A program made the translations under genes and the position numbers. The notes under the pieces were generated by a model. It was not told where the DNA came from, searched no databases, and saw nothing but the letters and a program-made list of their open reading frames with translations. From Selaginella moellendorffii (Eukaryota > Plantae > Lycopodiophyta), in assembly GCF_000143415.4 (NCBI RefSeq), contig NW_003314261.1, positions 6,790,817 through 6,854,816 of the forward strand: a stretch of 64,000 bases of DNA. The letters are read 5' to 3'. How positions within the stretch are numbered: the stretch's first letter is position 1; every line of letters starts with the position of its first letter. Below are positions 38,301 to 49,022 of this stretch, in pieces.

Positions 38301-39620
38301 CTAGATGAAGTGTCAAGAAAATGTCAATAATAATTAACACATATGTACATGTATGTTTTATATAGATTTGAAAGATGGTTTTCATTTGAAACACTTTTTC
38401 ATCCCATTAAAACATCTTTAAAGACTTGTTTATATTTTAATTAATTCCTTGGTGGTATAATATTTATAACAATAAAGCAATAAAGGGAGGCCCATAGTAG
38501 ATTTCATGGACATTGTTATTAAATTTTTTTTATAGATGTTATATTTGGTTAATAGCAAATTTGGCACATATAGGAGTGGCCTCCCAACTCTAGCACATTC
38601 TATCTTTAAATCCTCCAAGCCTTTTCTTGGTTTACAATTTTATATACACTTAACCTTATATAACTACCTTTATGCATTTCCATCTCTTCCTACTAAACAT
38701 TAGTGGATTTTATTCAAATTTGTTTTGTGTTGTTATTAGCAGTTTTGGTGTTGAAGTCCACCAAGCAACATAATGTGTGTATAGTGGACCCCATTGCTGT
38801 GGCCTTACTATTATTAAAACCATTCCAATAAGATAATTGACTTGTTTTTTCATTTAAGCAATCATCTTTTATTTTTCAAAGTCACAAGAGTTTTAGATCC
38901 TTTTGTATATATGGAGAGAAATCTCAAAATTGTGTCATTAGTCATATTCAATATAATTCAAAAGCATTATAAGCTCTATAATGGCTTTGTCATTTAAAAG
39001 TTAATAAATACCTATGAGTTCCATTATACTATAGATCTATGGGAAACTTTAATGTTCTATAGGTATTAGTAAGTTTTGAGATGTATAGGAAGATGTTGTT
39101 TTAAAGTAGTATACTAATTTGTTAAGAAGAAGTACTTTGCAACATTATTACTAAAATAAAGATAAATAATATATTTTTTCATGCACATAATCAAATACTA
39201 ATGCAAGTGGCACTGATTTGAATTTTGCTATATATATACATGTGTGTGTGTGTCTGTGTGTGGTATGCACTAATGCAAGATTATTTTGTGAGTTACACAT
39301 GTCTGTTTAAACAATTCAATAATAAAACACATATGTGTTTTAAATTGATGTGATTGCAGTATAATTCAATCTTTTGCCACACCACCCACCCCATCCCTAT
39401 CATTGTGATATATATGTGGAATAGATAGAGATGAACAAATTTGTGAGATATGACACAATGTAGAGTAGACATAGTCAGGTGTGATATAATCAATTTTGGA
39501 ATATAAAATTTTACTATTCTAGTGCCGGCAAGGAGAGGCCTGCTTGTTGTTTCTTGTAGTGACGCAACCAAAATATTAAAATAGAACTTGGATAGATAAA
39601 CCAATAGTGAACCCAAAATA
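32400..39620. mobile_element. ~7 kb AT-rich, CG-depleted, gene-free block, probably a decayed transposon or other insertion
   Basis: Abrupt composition shift, very few CG dinucleotides and almost no ORFs over 60 aa in 34-39 kb, in a locus otherwise packed with genes. No termini or transposase motifs recognised. Confidence 0.4.
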
Positions 39621-39638
39621 ATGCATGAGAGAGATTAG

Positions 39639-39838
39639 CAACAAACAAATTTTACTGTGCTGCTGGCATATACTCTTTGCACTTGTATTTTGTTATCGCA
39701 ATTCACAACAAACAAAGTCTACTGTGCTACTGGCATATACTCTTTGCACTTGTATTTTATCATCATAATTCACAACAAACAAATTTTACTGTGCTGCTGG
39801 CATATACTCTTTGCACATGTATTTTGTCATCGTAATTC
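39639..39838. repeat. 3 x 67-bp tandem repeat
   Basis: Unit CAACAAACAAATTTTACTGTGCTGCTGGCATATACTCTTTGCACTTGTATTTTGTTATCGCAATTCA starts at 39639, 39706 and 39773. Confidence 0.95.
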
Positions 39839-39919
39839 CAAGCCATTGTGGAAACACTAACTTGATACGCAGCTCTCAAACCTCCAGCCCAAGTTTCTTT
39901 TGCTCTGTGTCTGTCAGCA

Positions 39920-41517
39920 ATGGCTCAGACCCCAAATCCAGAATCCCCATTGCTCAAGCTTCCCCGCTTCTTCTCTCTCAAAGCCGACAATGGTAAGTAC
40001 CTCATGCTTAAGTCCGATGGCACCCTTGCATTCGAGTCCGACACCACCACCCGATACACCACACACGAGGCGGTCTACAATGCCAATGATTCCAACGCCT
40101 CCTTCGTCATTTGCTCCGCCAACAAGCACTTCTGGCGCCGCCACTCCTCCACCTCTGCTGTGGTAGCCGACCTCAAGAACCCACCCAGCGACACCGATGC
40201 CTCAAACCGGTTCAAGCTCCAGCCCGAGGTCGCCCCAGGAAAGGTGGCACTCTCCTCCGTCCAAGACGGTCTCTTCCTCAAGCGCTTCAACACCCAGTAC
40301 CACGCGTTGCTCAAGGAGCCCAATGAGATCGTTTCCATGGTAGAAGTGGTGGAGTCGTCCTACTACGTTGTCAACATGCCCGAGTACGTGGGTCTCAAAG
40401 GTAACAATGCCAAGTACCTCAGCTGCCTCTCCGAGCCTATGGGCATTGGAGGCTTCCCGGACCAGTTCGCTTTCACAAACGAATCCGCGGATATTCGTGT
40501 TACCACCCACCAGGTACACTGCTGGTTTCGTCTTTCATCTGTTTTCACATTCCCAGGCCCCTCGACCAGGTGGCGTATCTCCTGAACGGCAAGATATCTC
40601 TTCGATCCAACCAAGCCGCCTCCTGGACTTCAAACAATTACTGGAAGGCCGATACAGACAAGTGGGTCGCACCTAGAGGTGACACTCCCGACTACGCTGA
40701 ATGCCAGTTCGATCCAGTCCGAGTGAACAGCACCACACTCGCTCTCAAGGGTCCCAATGGCCTCTACCTTATGCGTGGAAGCCGATCCTGGGTCACCAAT
40801 AATCCGGACGTGGTCTTTGCTGGGGCATCCGATTACGAGGAAACGTCCAGCCACCTGGTGGTCGAAGAAGCTGTGAGGAGCAGGCAAATCTTTAACGTGA
40901 CGTATCTGCTAGATCTGGCGAGTGCGAGCGAGGAGGCGCCAATCGGTGTCGCCTATGGATCTGCCACGAACAGAGGCAGCGGGCCTGCTGAGATGGAGAT
41001 CAGCGTGAGCAAGACCACCACAGTGAGCAACACCAGGTCCTTCCACAACTCGTTCACCTTCTCCGAGAGCATCACGCAGACTTTGACGCTCGGTGTGCCG
41101 TTCTTTGCCAACGAGAGCACCGAGATCCAGATCGGAGCCGAGCAAGAGTTTGGAAACCAGTGGGACGAGACTTTGTCCGAGGAAGTCACTTATCAGACGA
41201 CTTACAAAGTGACGATTCCTCCAGGGAAAACGGTACGTAAGAGAATCTGCCTGTGCGCCTTTGCTCGATTGATTGACTGACATCCTCTGCTATCCATCCA
41301 GGGAACTGTGCAGGTTGTGATCAGCACTGCGAAACTGGCCATCCCGTTCCACTACAAGACGAGGGACACATCGCTCAATGGCGTGGAGCGTGAGCCTGTG
41401 GATCGCATCGACGGTGTCTTTGATGGCGTGCTGGCTTTCAGGACTGATGCGGACATATATGACGGCACCCAGACATATCGCATCCCTGTTCCCATGAAGC
41501 TCAACGTTGCGAAATAG
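39920..41517 (+). CDS. Amaranthin/agglutinin lectin + aerolysin-type pore-forming protein (Hfr-2-like)
   Basis: Two agglutinin-like repeats (LPRFFSLKADNGKYL; MPEYVGLKGNNAKYL) followed by SRQIFNVTYLLD, Ser/Thr-rich alternating beta strands, VTIPPGKT and IPFHYKTRD..DGVFDGV. No signal peptide. Exons 39920-40513, 40570-41232, 41302-41517. Confidence 0.85.
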
Positions 41518-41673
41518 AACAAAAATCCAAGGGAGCTGGTATAAGAAATAGAATAAAATGATGTTTGCTAAGATGGTTTTTAAGCAAATAAAGTTTGCCT
41601 TTATTGACTTTTCATTGACCAGGTTGACTGTATTTCAACTTAAACAAAACAATTGGTTTTAGGGTTTATAGGG

Positions 41674-43208
41674 ATGGCGTTGTGCGCTTGGTGTCCTACC
41701 GCGCGCTTGCGCCTCGCCGTCCACCTCGACAGTCCAGCCTCCTTCCTCCCAATCGCTGCGCGCCATCGCCGTCCAGCTCTGGCTGATTGCCGGAGCCGCG
41801 GCGCTCCAATTCGCTCCAGGGATCGAGAATGCAGGGCCCAGGCAAGCGCGGGCGAGGATGTGAGCAGCGCCGCGCCTAGCAGCAGTCGATTGGAGGAGAT
41901 TCTAGGTGTGGCGACGAGCTTGTATCCGGTCTACGTCGTCTTTGGTGGATTGCTCGCGCTGGCCAGGCCACAGGCTTATTCGTGGTTTGTGAGCAGGAGC
42001 CCCGGCTCTTACAGCTTTGCTCTGGGAGCGATCATGCTGTCCATGGGATTCACGCTCAAGCTCTCGGATCTGGCGGACGTCCTCCGGAGGCGCCCGGCCG
42101 CGGTAAAAAAACTTCATCCAAAGTTTCAAAGGTGTTGTTCTTCGTTTCGTGTTGGTTCTTTGGCTTCTTTTTCCCTTCTTTTCTTCTAACTTGGATGGTT
42201 TTCTTTCGCGTTTGGTTCTTAGATTGCCTTTGGATTCATGGCACAGTACGTGATTATGCCGGTCATGGGTGCTGCTACTAGCCGGTTCTTAAATCTCTCT
42301 CCCATGCTATCAGCTGGGCTCGTCTTGATGTCGTGCTGCCCGGGAGGAACCGCATCAAACGTCGTAAGTTTTCTAGTCTTTGATCTCGCGAGAACTTCTC
42401 TCAAAATCCATTTTTTTTCCAAAGGTGACTTACATCGCTCGAGGAGATGTTCCTCTCTCGATTATCATGACTGCGTGCACGACGATTGGAGCAGTCTTTG
42501 CTACACCGCTCTTGACACTGTCCTTTGCCGGAGCTTACATTCCTGTGGACGTCAAAGGCCTGGCTCTCAGCACTCTACAAGTGAGACTGGTTGTAAAGTT
42601 TCTTTGTTTTCTGTGACGCTCGGCTTTTCCAGGTAGTTCTTGCTCCAGTTCTTCTAGGTGCCTGGCTACAAGGACCGTTTCCACACGGTGTTGCCTTCAT
42701 CAAGCCTTTTGCGCCCCTCGCAGCTGTCTTGATCTCGTCTCTACTTGCTAGCAGGTTTGTCCCTTTGGATTTCTTCTTTCGCTTGTCGAAACCATCGTAT
42801 TGCAGTGTCTTCTCTGTAAATGTTGGCCTTTTGAGCTTCAATGACGCAGACTCGTCGTCTCTCTTGCTCGTTGCCACAGGCGTTGTTATGGTGCATACTG
42901 TTGGCTTCTTGTTGGGGTGAGTTATTCTCCAAACGTTGCACTGCTTGTTGACAAGTCTGCGCTGTTTTGGATGTAGATACGTTGCCTCCAAGGTTGCTGG
43001 GTTCGAAGAGCCACAGAGCCGAGCGATTTCAATCGAAGTTGGGATGCAGAACTCGTCTCTCGGCGTTGTTCTGGCAAACTCGCATTTTGCTTCTCCTCTA
43101 GCCTGTGTACCACCTGCGGTGTCGGCTGTATTGATGAACATCATGGGCAGCGCACTAGCGGTTGCATGGAGACACTTTGGAGACAAACCAGAGGACAGTC
43201 CGAGATAA
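41674..43208 (+). CDS. Plastid bile acid:sodium symporter (BASS) family transporter
   Basis: Transit-peptide-like N-terminus, [53 protein letters not shown]. Confidence 0.93.
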
Positions 43209-43328
43209 AAAATCTCTTGTGTAGCCTTGCTAGTCTTCATTTTTTGCAGCAAATTACTGGTCGCTGCAAAGCAGAAAATTTGCTTTATATATGTAAGATA
43301 TCACTTTGTACCTCTCAAATCTGTTAGT

Positions 43329-44976
43329 TTATGCATCCTTATACAACCGGCGGATGTGCTCGATATCAGCTGGGATCAGAGTGACTGGGCAACGCTTATA
43401 CTGTCCAAAGGAAGAAGTCAGATAAGCAGAAAGGAAGAAAACACTATTTACCTGGGATATGTACTTGTATATGCAAGGATAACAAAAAACGTATCCAGAT
43501 ACAGCGGCCATGGCGGGATTTGTTCGCCTTTGCAGGCAAAGTGGACAAGTTCTAACGCTTTCCGGTAGAGGGATACCGTTTGGTGCCACCTACAAAGCGC
43601 ACTCAGGACAAAAAAGAAGCTCTGAAACAGTTACCTTTGGTGGCGGTGGTGGTGGAGGCGGGGGATATATCGTAGGGGCCATGACTCGTTCCTCGGCAGA
43701 TTGATACCACCATTCCATCATCTGAGGCTCGTGTTAGGAGTTGTATGGAACTGCAGTGGAAGGAGAGTGCGTACCTTAAAGAGAAATACTCCGGCAATAA
43801 GGCCTGTTTGAGCATAGTCCAGAAAAGTGTAAAGTGACTTCAAGAGGCCTCTTTGAACAGCCTATAGAGTCAAGTGATAAATCAGTCGCTCAACGGCATG
43901 AAGAGAAAGTGATCTTCACCTTCAAAGAAGCCGGGCCTCGAATCCGTTCATAGTCGTGATTTCTTCTTTCCTGGATATGTTTAGTTCCATCTAGCTTTAC
44001 ACAACAAGGTAAAACGACAAAGGTAAAACGACATCGTGATTACCAGCTCCTGTCCGGATGCACGGCGGACATAGACTCCGGTCAAGTACAAGGCTGGAGA
44101 ATAGAACCGCGTTGCCTCGAGTAAATACAGCAATTGATATGCGAACGATAGTCCTGGAACGAGCATAAAGACTAGTAAGATAAGTTACATTCAAAACATA
44201 CCTTCGTGAGTGGCGTGAATCCAAGGAAAGGAGTACGTGAGAAAAGCAACCAGATTAAGTTTCCAGCGTTGGAAGATGCTTCTATTGTTATGTGGAACAA
44301 CTTCTTCCACTGGAGCACTGCTACTTCCCCATAACGCCGTTTGCAAAGCGCTGCCTCTTTGAGCCGTGTATGCTCCTTGCAACTTTGCCTTGATGTAAGG
44401 CAATCCAACCTTTACCATGTTGATAAAACAAAGTACGTGTGAATTCGGGAGTGGAGAAGATTTGCAGACGAAAGAACTTACCAGGAAAAATATCGAGAGG
44501 CTTTTTTGAGCTCTAGTCAGACCGGCTCTAGAAGGAAGCGACGATTTTTTCTGTGTCACATCGGTTACAATCTCCACTGGCTGTCTCCGTAAGCCATAAA
44601 GAGCTTCCGCGAAAGAAGCATCTGCCGCAAGGAAGAACCAAAAAAAAAAAAAAAGAATCATAGCGTCATGTCATGAATGTAAGCTAGCCATCACACAATA
44701 CCCGCTGTCCGGACGTTGTGCGCCTCGAGAATTAGCATTAGAAATGCGAAGAACTCGTCGCTATAATCCAAAACCCTGTGCACAATGGGCCTTCTCTGTG
44801 CAATCACCTGAAAAATCGGCGAAGTTGTGAGATTTTCCTGCCCAGACGATGAAGAAAATCACGATTACCCCCAATGAATACATTAGCGCCGCTCTCAAGC
44901 TCTCCGGGAGCTGCTGCGCGGCCACCATCTCAAAGAATGTCGGCCGATCGCCCTCGCCCCCGACTTGCATCAACAT
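43329..44976 (-). CDS. PEX12: Peroxin 12 (RING peroxin)
   Basis: MLMQVGGEGDRPTFFEMVAAQQL, ASFAEALYGLRR, FFFKMMEWWY, PPPPPPP, CPLCLQRRTNP...SGYVFCYPCI...RCPVT. Confidence 0.95.
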
Positions 44977-45330
44977 CACTGCCCAAGCGCAAGAACCCTA
45001 AAACCTCTCCCCAAATTATTTGAATACTCAGAGGTCAACCCTTCCAACGGCCGGATGTCTTCCACGTGGCAGTAGTAGTAGCTATCCAGATTACGTCAAC
45101 TGGGTCAGCAGATAAACGGCTAGGATTGGCCCCCCAAGAGCGTTAGGGCTCTACATACACTTCTTCTCAGGCCTGTAGATCTTTGCTCTCATTGGCGCTG
45201 CGAGTCGATCTCCGGTAAGAGCCGAGCTGCTGTGGCAGATTCCGCGGATTGGGAGCTGGATCTTTGTTGCGGAGGCCAGAGTGGAGGGAAATCCGCGAGC
45301 TGGAATGGTCAAGGCTAGGGTTTAGGCAGA

Positions 45331-46440
45331 ATGCGGTGGTGGCAACGCATCACAGCCGAGCAGCACCCTTCTCTGTTCGATCACCGGCAGCAGCAGCAGC
45401 AGCAGCAGAGCCAAATGCAGCCCGATGGATTTGGAAGGGATGCGACCAGTCTGCGCAGCGTCTCTGCTGCCGCAAAGGCCTTTCTCTTGAACAAGCGCCG
45501 CTTGCGCCTCGACCCTGACAAGAAGCTCGTCTTTGAGTGTAAGTTCTTTCACTCTCTTTCTCTCCTTTGCTTGTAAAATCGATCTCTCACAGTTTAAAAA
45601 TTTAGATGAACCGGGAAAGCAAGTCTCCAGCGCTGTGAAGATCAAGAATGTGAGCCGCTCCAATGTGGCATTCAAGGTGAGCATCTCGTTCTTCGTTTCG
45701 CATCGTCTTCTACTCTGATTTTCTCCTTGTGAAGTTCCAAACCACGGCACCAAAGAGCTGCTTCATGCGTCCTCCAAATGGAATCATCAAGCCGAACGAG
45801 ACCATCTACGCAACTGGTATGAAGTTCCTCCGGTTCTTCGTGTTTTTTTACTCTTTCCCATCCCTTGGCAGTCGTCAAGTTCGTGGAGCAGCCAGAGCGT
45901 CCACAGCAGAAGAGAGCGAAGGAGAAGTTTAAGATTGTCAGCCTGAAAGTTAAGGACGGGGTCGAGTACACGCCAGAGCTGGTACGTCATAAGCTTGCAA
46001 AGTATGAGATCTAAGAGCCCTTCTCTTTCTCTCGCTCTCACTTCGCAAAACAGTTTGAAGAGCAGCGGGAACTAGTCACCGTTGAGAGAATACTGCAAGT
46101 GGTCTTTGTAGACCCGCAACACACTTCTCCGGTAAGATCATTCGCATTTTCCTTGCATCGAACTCACGAGTGATTCAATCGATCTCTGCTCGAGCAGGCG
46201 GAGCTGGAGAGGCTCCGGAAGCGTCTAGCGGAGGCCGAGGCAGCGCAGGAAGCCCGCAAGAAACCTTGTGAGGAGAAAAACCCCAAAGGAGCAGTCGTGG
46301 AGGGGCTTGTCATTGACGAATGGGTACCAAGTTTTTTTCCAATTCTCTCGTCACTCACAAACTTTGTCAATGATTTGCAGAAAGAGCGTCGAGAAAAGTA
46401 TTTGGCGAGGCAGCAAGTTGAGGGAGCTGACTCTTACTAA
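45331..46440 (+). CDS. Vesicle-associated protein (MSP domain, VAP4 type lacking a transmembrane anchor)
   Basis: RRLRLDP, EPGKQVSSAVKIKN, VAFKFQTTAPKSCFMRPP, GLVIDEWKERREKYLARQQVEGADS. Confidence 0.9.
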
Positions 46441-46575
46441 TAAGAAAAAGTAGGCTTTGAAGCTTTCGTGTTCGTTCACACAAAAGGGTTGTATGTGAAA
46501 TATTATATATAGCATTTGACCATGGTAAAGTTCTTCCTTTCTTTCTGGGTTTAGGGTTCTTGAGGAGAAGGAGCG

Positions 46576-46910
46576 ATGGAGAGAGCGAGCATGGAGGTAG
46601 CCGGCATGGCGGAGGAGGATCAGCAGCGAATTGCGGGCATGATCGATGCGCTGCAAGCCCGCGACAGGTAAATGTCTCTGCGTTGGATGGGATTTTGGGA
46701 TGGATTTGGGCATTTTGGCGCAGCTTGAGGATGTATAACGCGCTGGTGGAGCGATGCTTTGGGCACTGCGTGGATTCCTTCCGGCGTAAGACGCTGGAGA
46801 AGCAGGAGGAGACGTGCGTGAAGCGCTGCGCGGAGAAATTTCTAAAGCACGCTATGCGGGTGAGCATGAGATTCCAGGAGCTCAACTATGACAAGGTTAC
46901 ACCGGACTAG
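46576..46910 (+). CDS. TIM9: Mitochondrial small Tim chaperone TIM9
   Basis: DSLRMYNALVERCFGHC...CVKRCAEKFLKH..RV.MRFQE with twin CX3C motifs; intron 46668-46723. Confidence 0.93.
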
Positions 46911-47055
46911 AGAAGAGAGAATCTACTGGAATATTTATTTAGCTCTTGGTTTGTGCTTGAAACGTTTTAATAAATCCTAGCCGTTCAATCTCAAGTTTAA
47001 TTGTTGTGATGAGACAAGCCTAGGTTTGTTTTCTAGGGTTCTTGGAGGATCAAGA

Positions 47056-49022
47056 ATGGGCGGGCAGGCGCTTGCCTGTGATCATGGATTGCATTTCTCT
47101 CCTCGGGGAGTGATCAGCATCGTTCCATCTCGCCATGGCGTGAGAATTCCGCTTCGGCGTCATTGGAGCGGCAGGAGAGGTGTTTTTGCGATGCAATCAT
47201 CGCCGCGCATGCCATCGCTTGGTGCGGTGGTTTCGACTGCTTCCCGGGCCCTGGCGGCGGTGCTGTGCTGCGCGGCGATCACTGTGGCTGCTCTACCGGC
47301 GATGCTTTCTTGGCAGAAAGGATTGAATGCCACTGTCTGGGTCGCGAATCATACCATTCCAGGTGAGTGAAATGAGTAAAGTATCATTTCTTAGCAAGAT
47401 CTCTTCCAGGGAAACTTCGAGTTCGCAAGGCCACCCTTGGCTGGACGAAGCCTGTGGATTTGGAAGGAATTTGTCTCGAGGATGGTGATGGAGAGCGTGT
47501 TCTTGACATCCAAAACATCACGACTAAGGCGTCGCTTTTCTCGATCGTAACCGGAAGGAGTGGTTTCGGTAAGAATGGAAAAGAGATATAACTTCCTAGT
47601 TTACTCTTTTTCCTTCTTTGTTTCCAGATTTCATGAGAGAAAATCAAAACGTGGTTTCACAGGGGATTGCACGGTTTCTTCGCTATGGATGAACTTGCTC
47701 GAGGATCCAGAGACCGGAATCTCTCGTCTTGCTCGTGCGGTGGAATCCTCGACTCGTAAAGCACATCAGCAACCGAAGAAGAAAAATGCCGTTGTTTCGA
47801 CCGGAGTCGTGAAACTGGCATCCGACTTCAAGGCTGTTAATGGAGGATTGACGATTCGTGGCGGAGAGCTGCTTCTTCCAGCTGACGCAGCGGCTGCTCT
47901 TGGAGAGAAAATATTTGTCGACGTTCTGGTTGGCAGTCCTGCGAAAGAAAGATCCGAGGCTCTTAAGTCGGGTGGTGGTCTTCGTTCGTTGCCGGTGCAA
48001 ATCAATGCCTGGTCGGATTGTCTTCAAGCACAGGTGCTTGGATTTCTCAATGCTTCGAATCAGAAGGTCGAGCTCATCGAGCCTATAAAAATCGAGGTAC
48101 TGTTTTCTCTTTCGTCAATGATTGAGAAACTTATATATCTTTTCGTTTGTCGCAGATGGATCTCACTCCTGAGCTCGGTCGCCTCTACCTTGCTCGAGTG
48201 AATCCTTTGCTAGGGTATATAGTCGGTCCTGCTGTGGCCGAAAATGACATGCCTGACGTGATCTTGGAAGTCATTCCAAAAGAAATGAAGTTTCCTGCCG
48301 ATGAATACAAGCTACGCTTCGAACCAATGAGTGTGGTAAGCTGTTCAAAGTTGTACTTTCTTGTTCCTTCCCGAAAGTGCCAACTGTTTTAATGTCATCC
48401 TCTATAGGTATTGGCAAGAGGACCTATTCTCGATGGGATCTTCACGCTGCTTTCGCGAAGCAAAAACAAGGACGAAGTCTCCGGTGGAAAACGCCAGCTC
48501 AAGATGGAAACCAGTGCTATCGAGGCCGTAGCCAATGTGGATGGTCATTTAACGTGCCGACGCATTGATCTTCTCATTGGGGGTATGCTCTTGGATTCAC
48601 TACTTGTTCTTACTATTTCATCTCTAAACAGGCAAAGTTCATATTGCTACCTGGGGCGCGTTCAACTGGATCGAAGAGAAAATGAACACAAAACTAGTGA
48701 TTCCACAGACAACCCTGAAAGACTTTCTAGGATTGAACAACCTTCCGAAAAACTTCCATTTCCAGGTGATTAACCATCTCTCTCTCTTTACAGTTTTTTT
48801 CAGCTATATTTTTCCGTGTAGGTTCCTGTCCGAGGAACTTTCGATCGACCACAGATCGATCTCGGAGCTGCTGTCTTTCGAATCGCGCAGCTAACTCTCC
48901 ACCAACAAGCTGGCCCTTTCGCGAAAAGCTTGGTCGGAAGCTTTGACGATTCCACACCGGACCATGATGTTCCAGAACCCATCGATGTTCTTCCCTGGCA
49001 AGCTCACAAGTCAGGCGCGTGA
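47056..49022 (+). CDS. Putative plastid-targeted AsmA-like protein resembling chlamydial proteins
   Basis: Seven clean exons (47056-47362, 47410-47568, 47663-48096, 48156-48335, 48408-48582, 48632-48765, 48822-49022). Transit-peptide-like segment plus a TM helix, then a beta-rich body with VNPLL, HIATWG and VRGTFDRPQID, ending PEP...LPW. Confidence 0.6.

Noticed and set aside
39505-39545. Possible Helitron 3' end (CTAG plus hairpin)
   Set aside because: Hairpin pairing is weak, and no matching 5' end or RepHel motifs were found.
39639-39838. 67-bp periodic repeat as a CRISPR array
   Set aside because: Whole units are near-identical with no unique spacers, there are no cas genes, and the context is eukaryotic.
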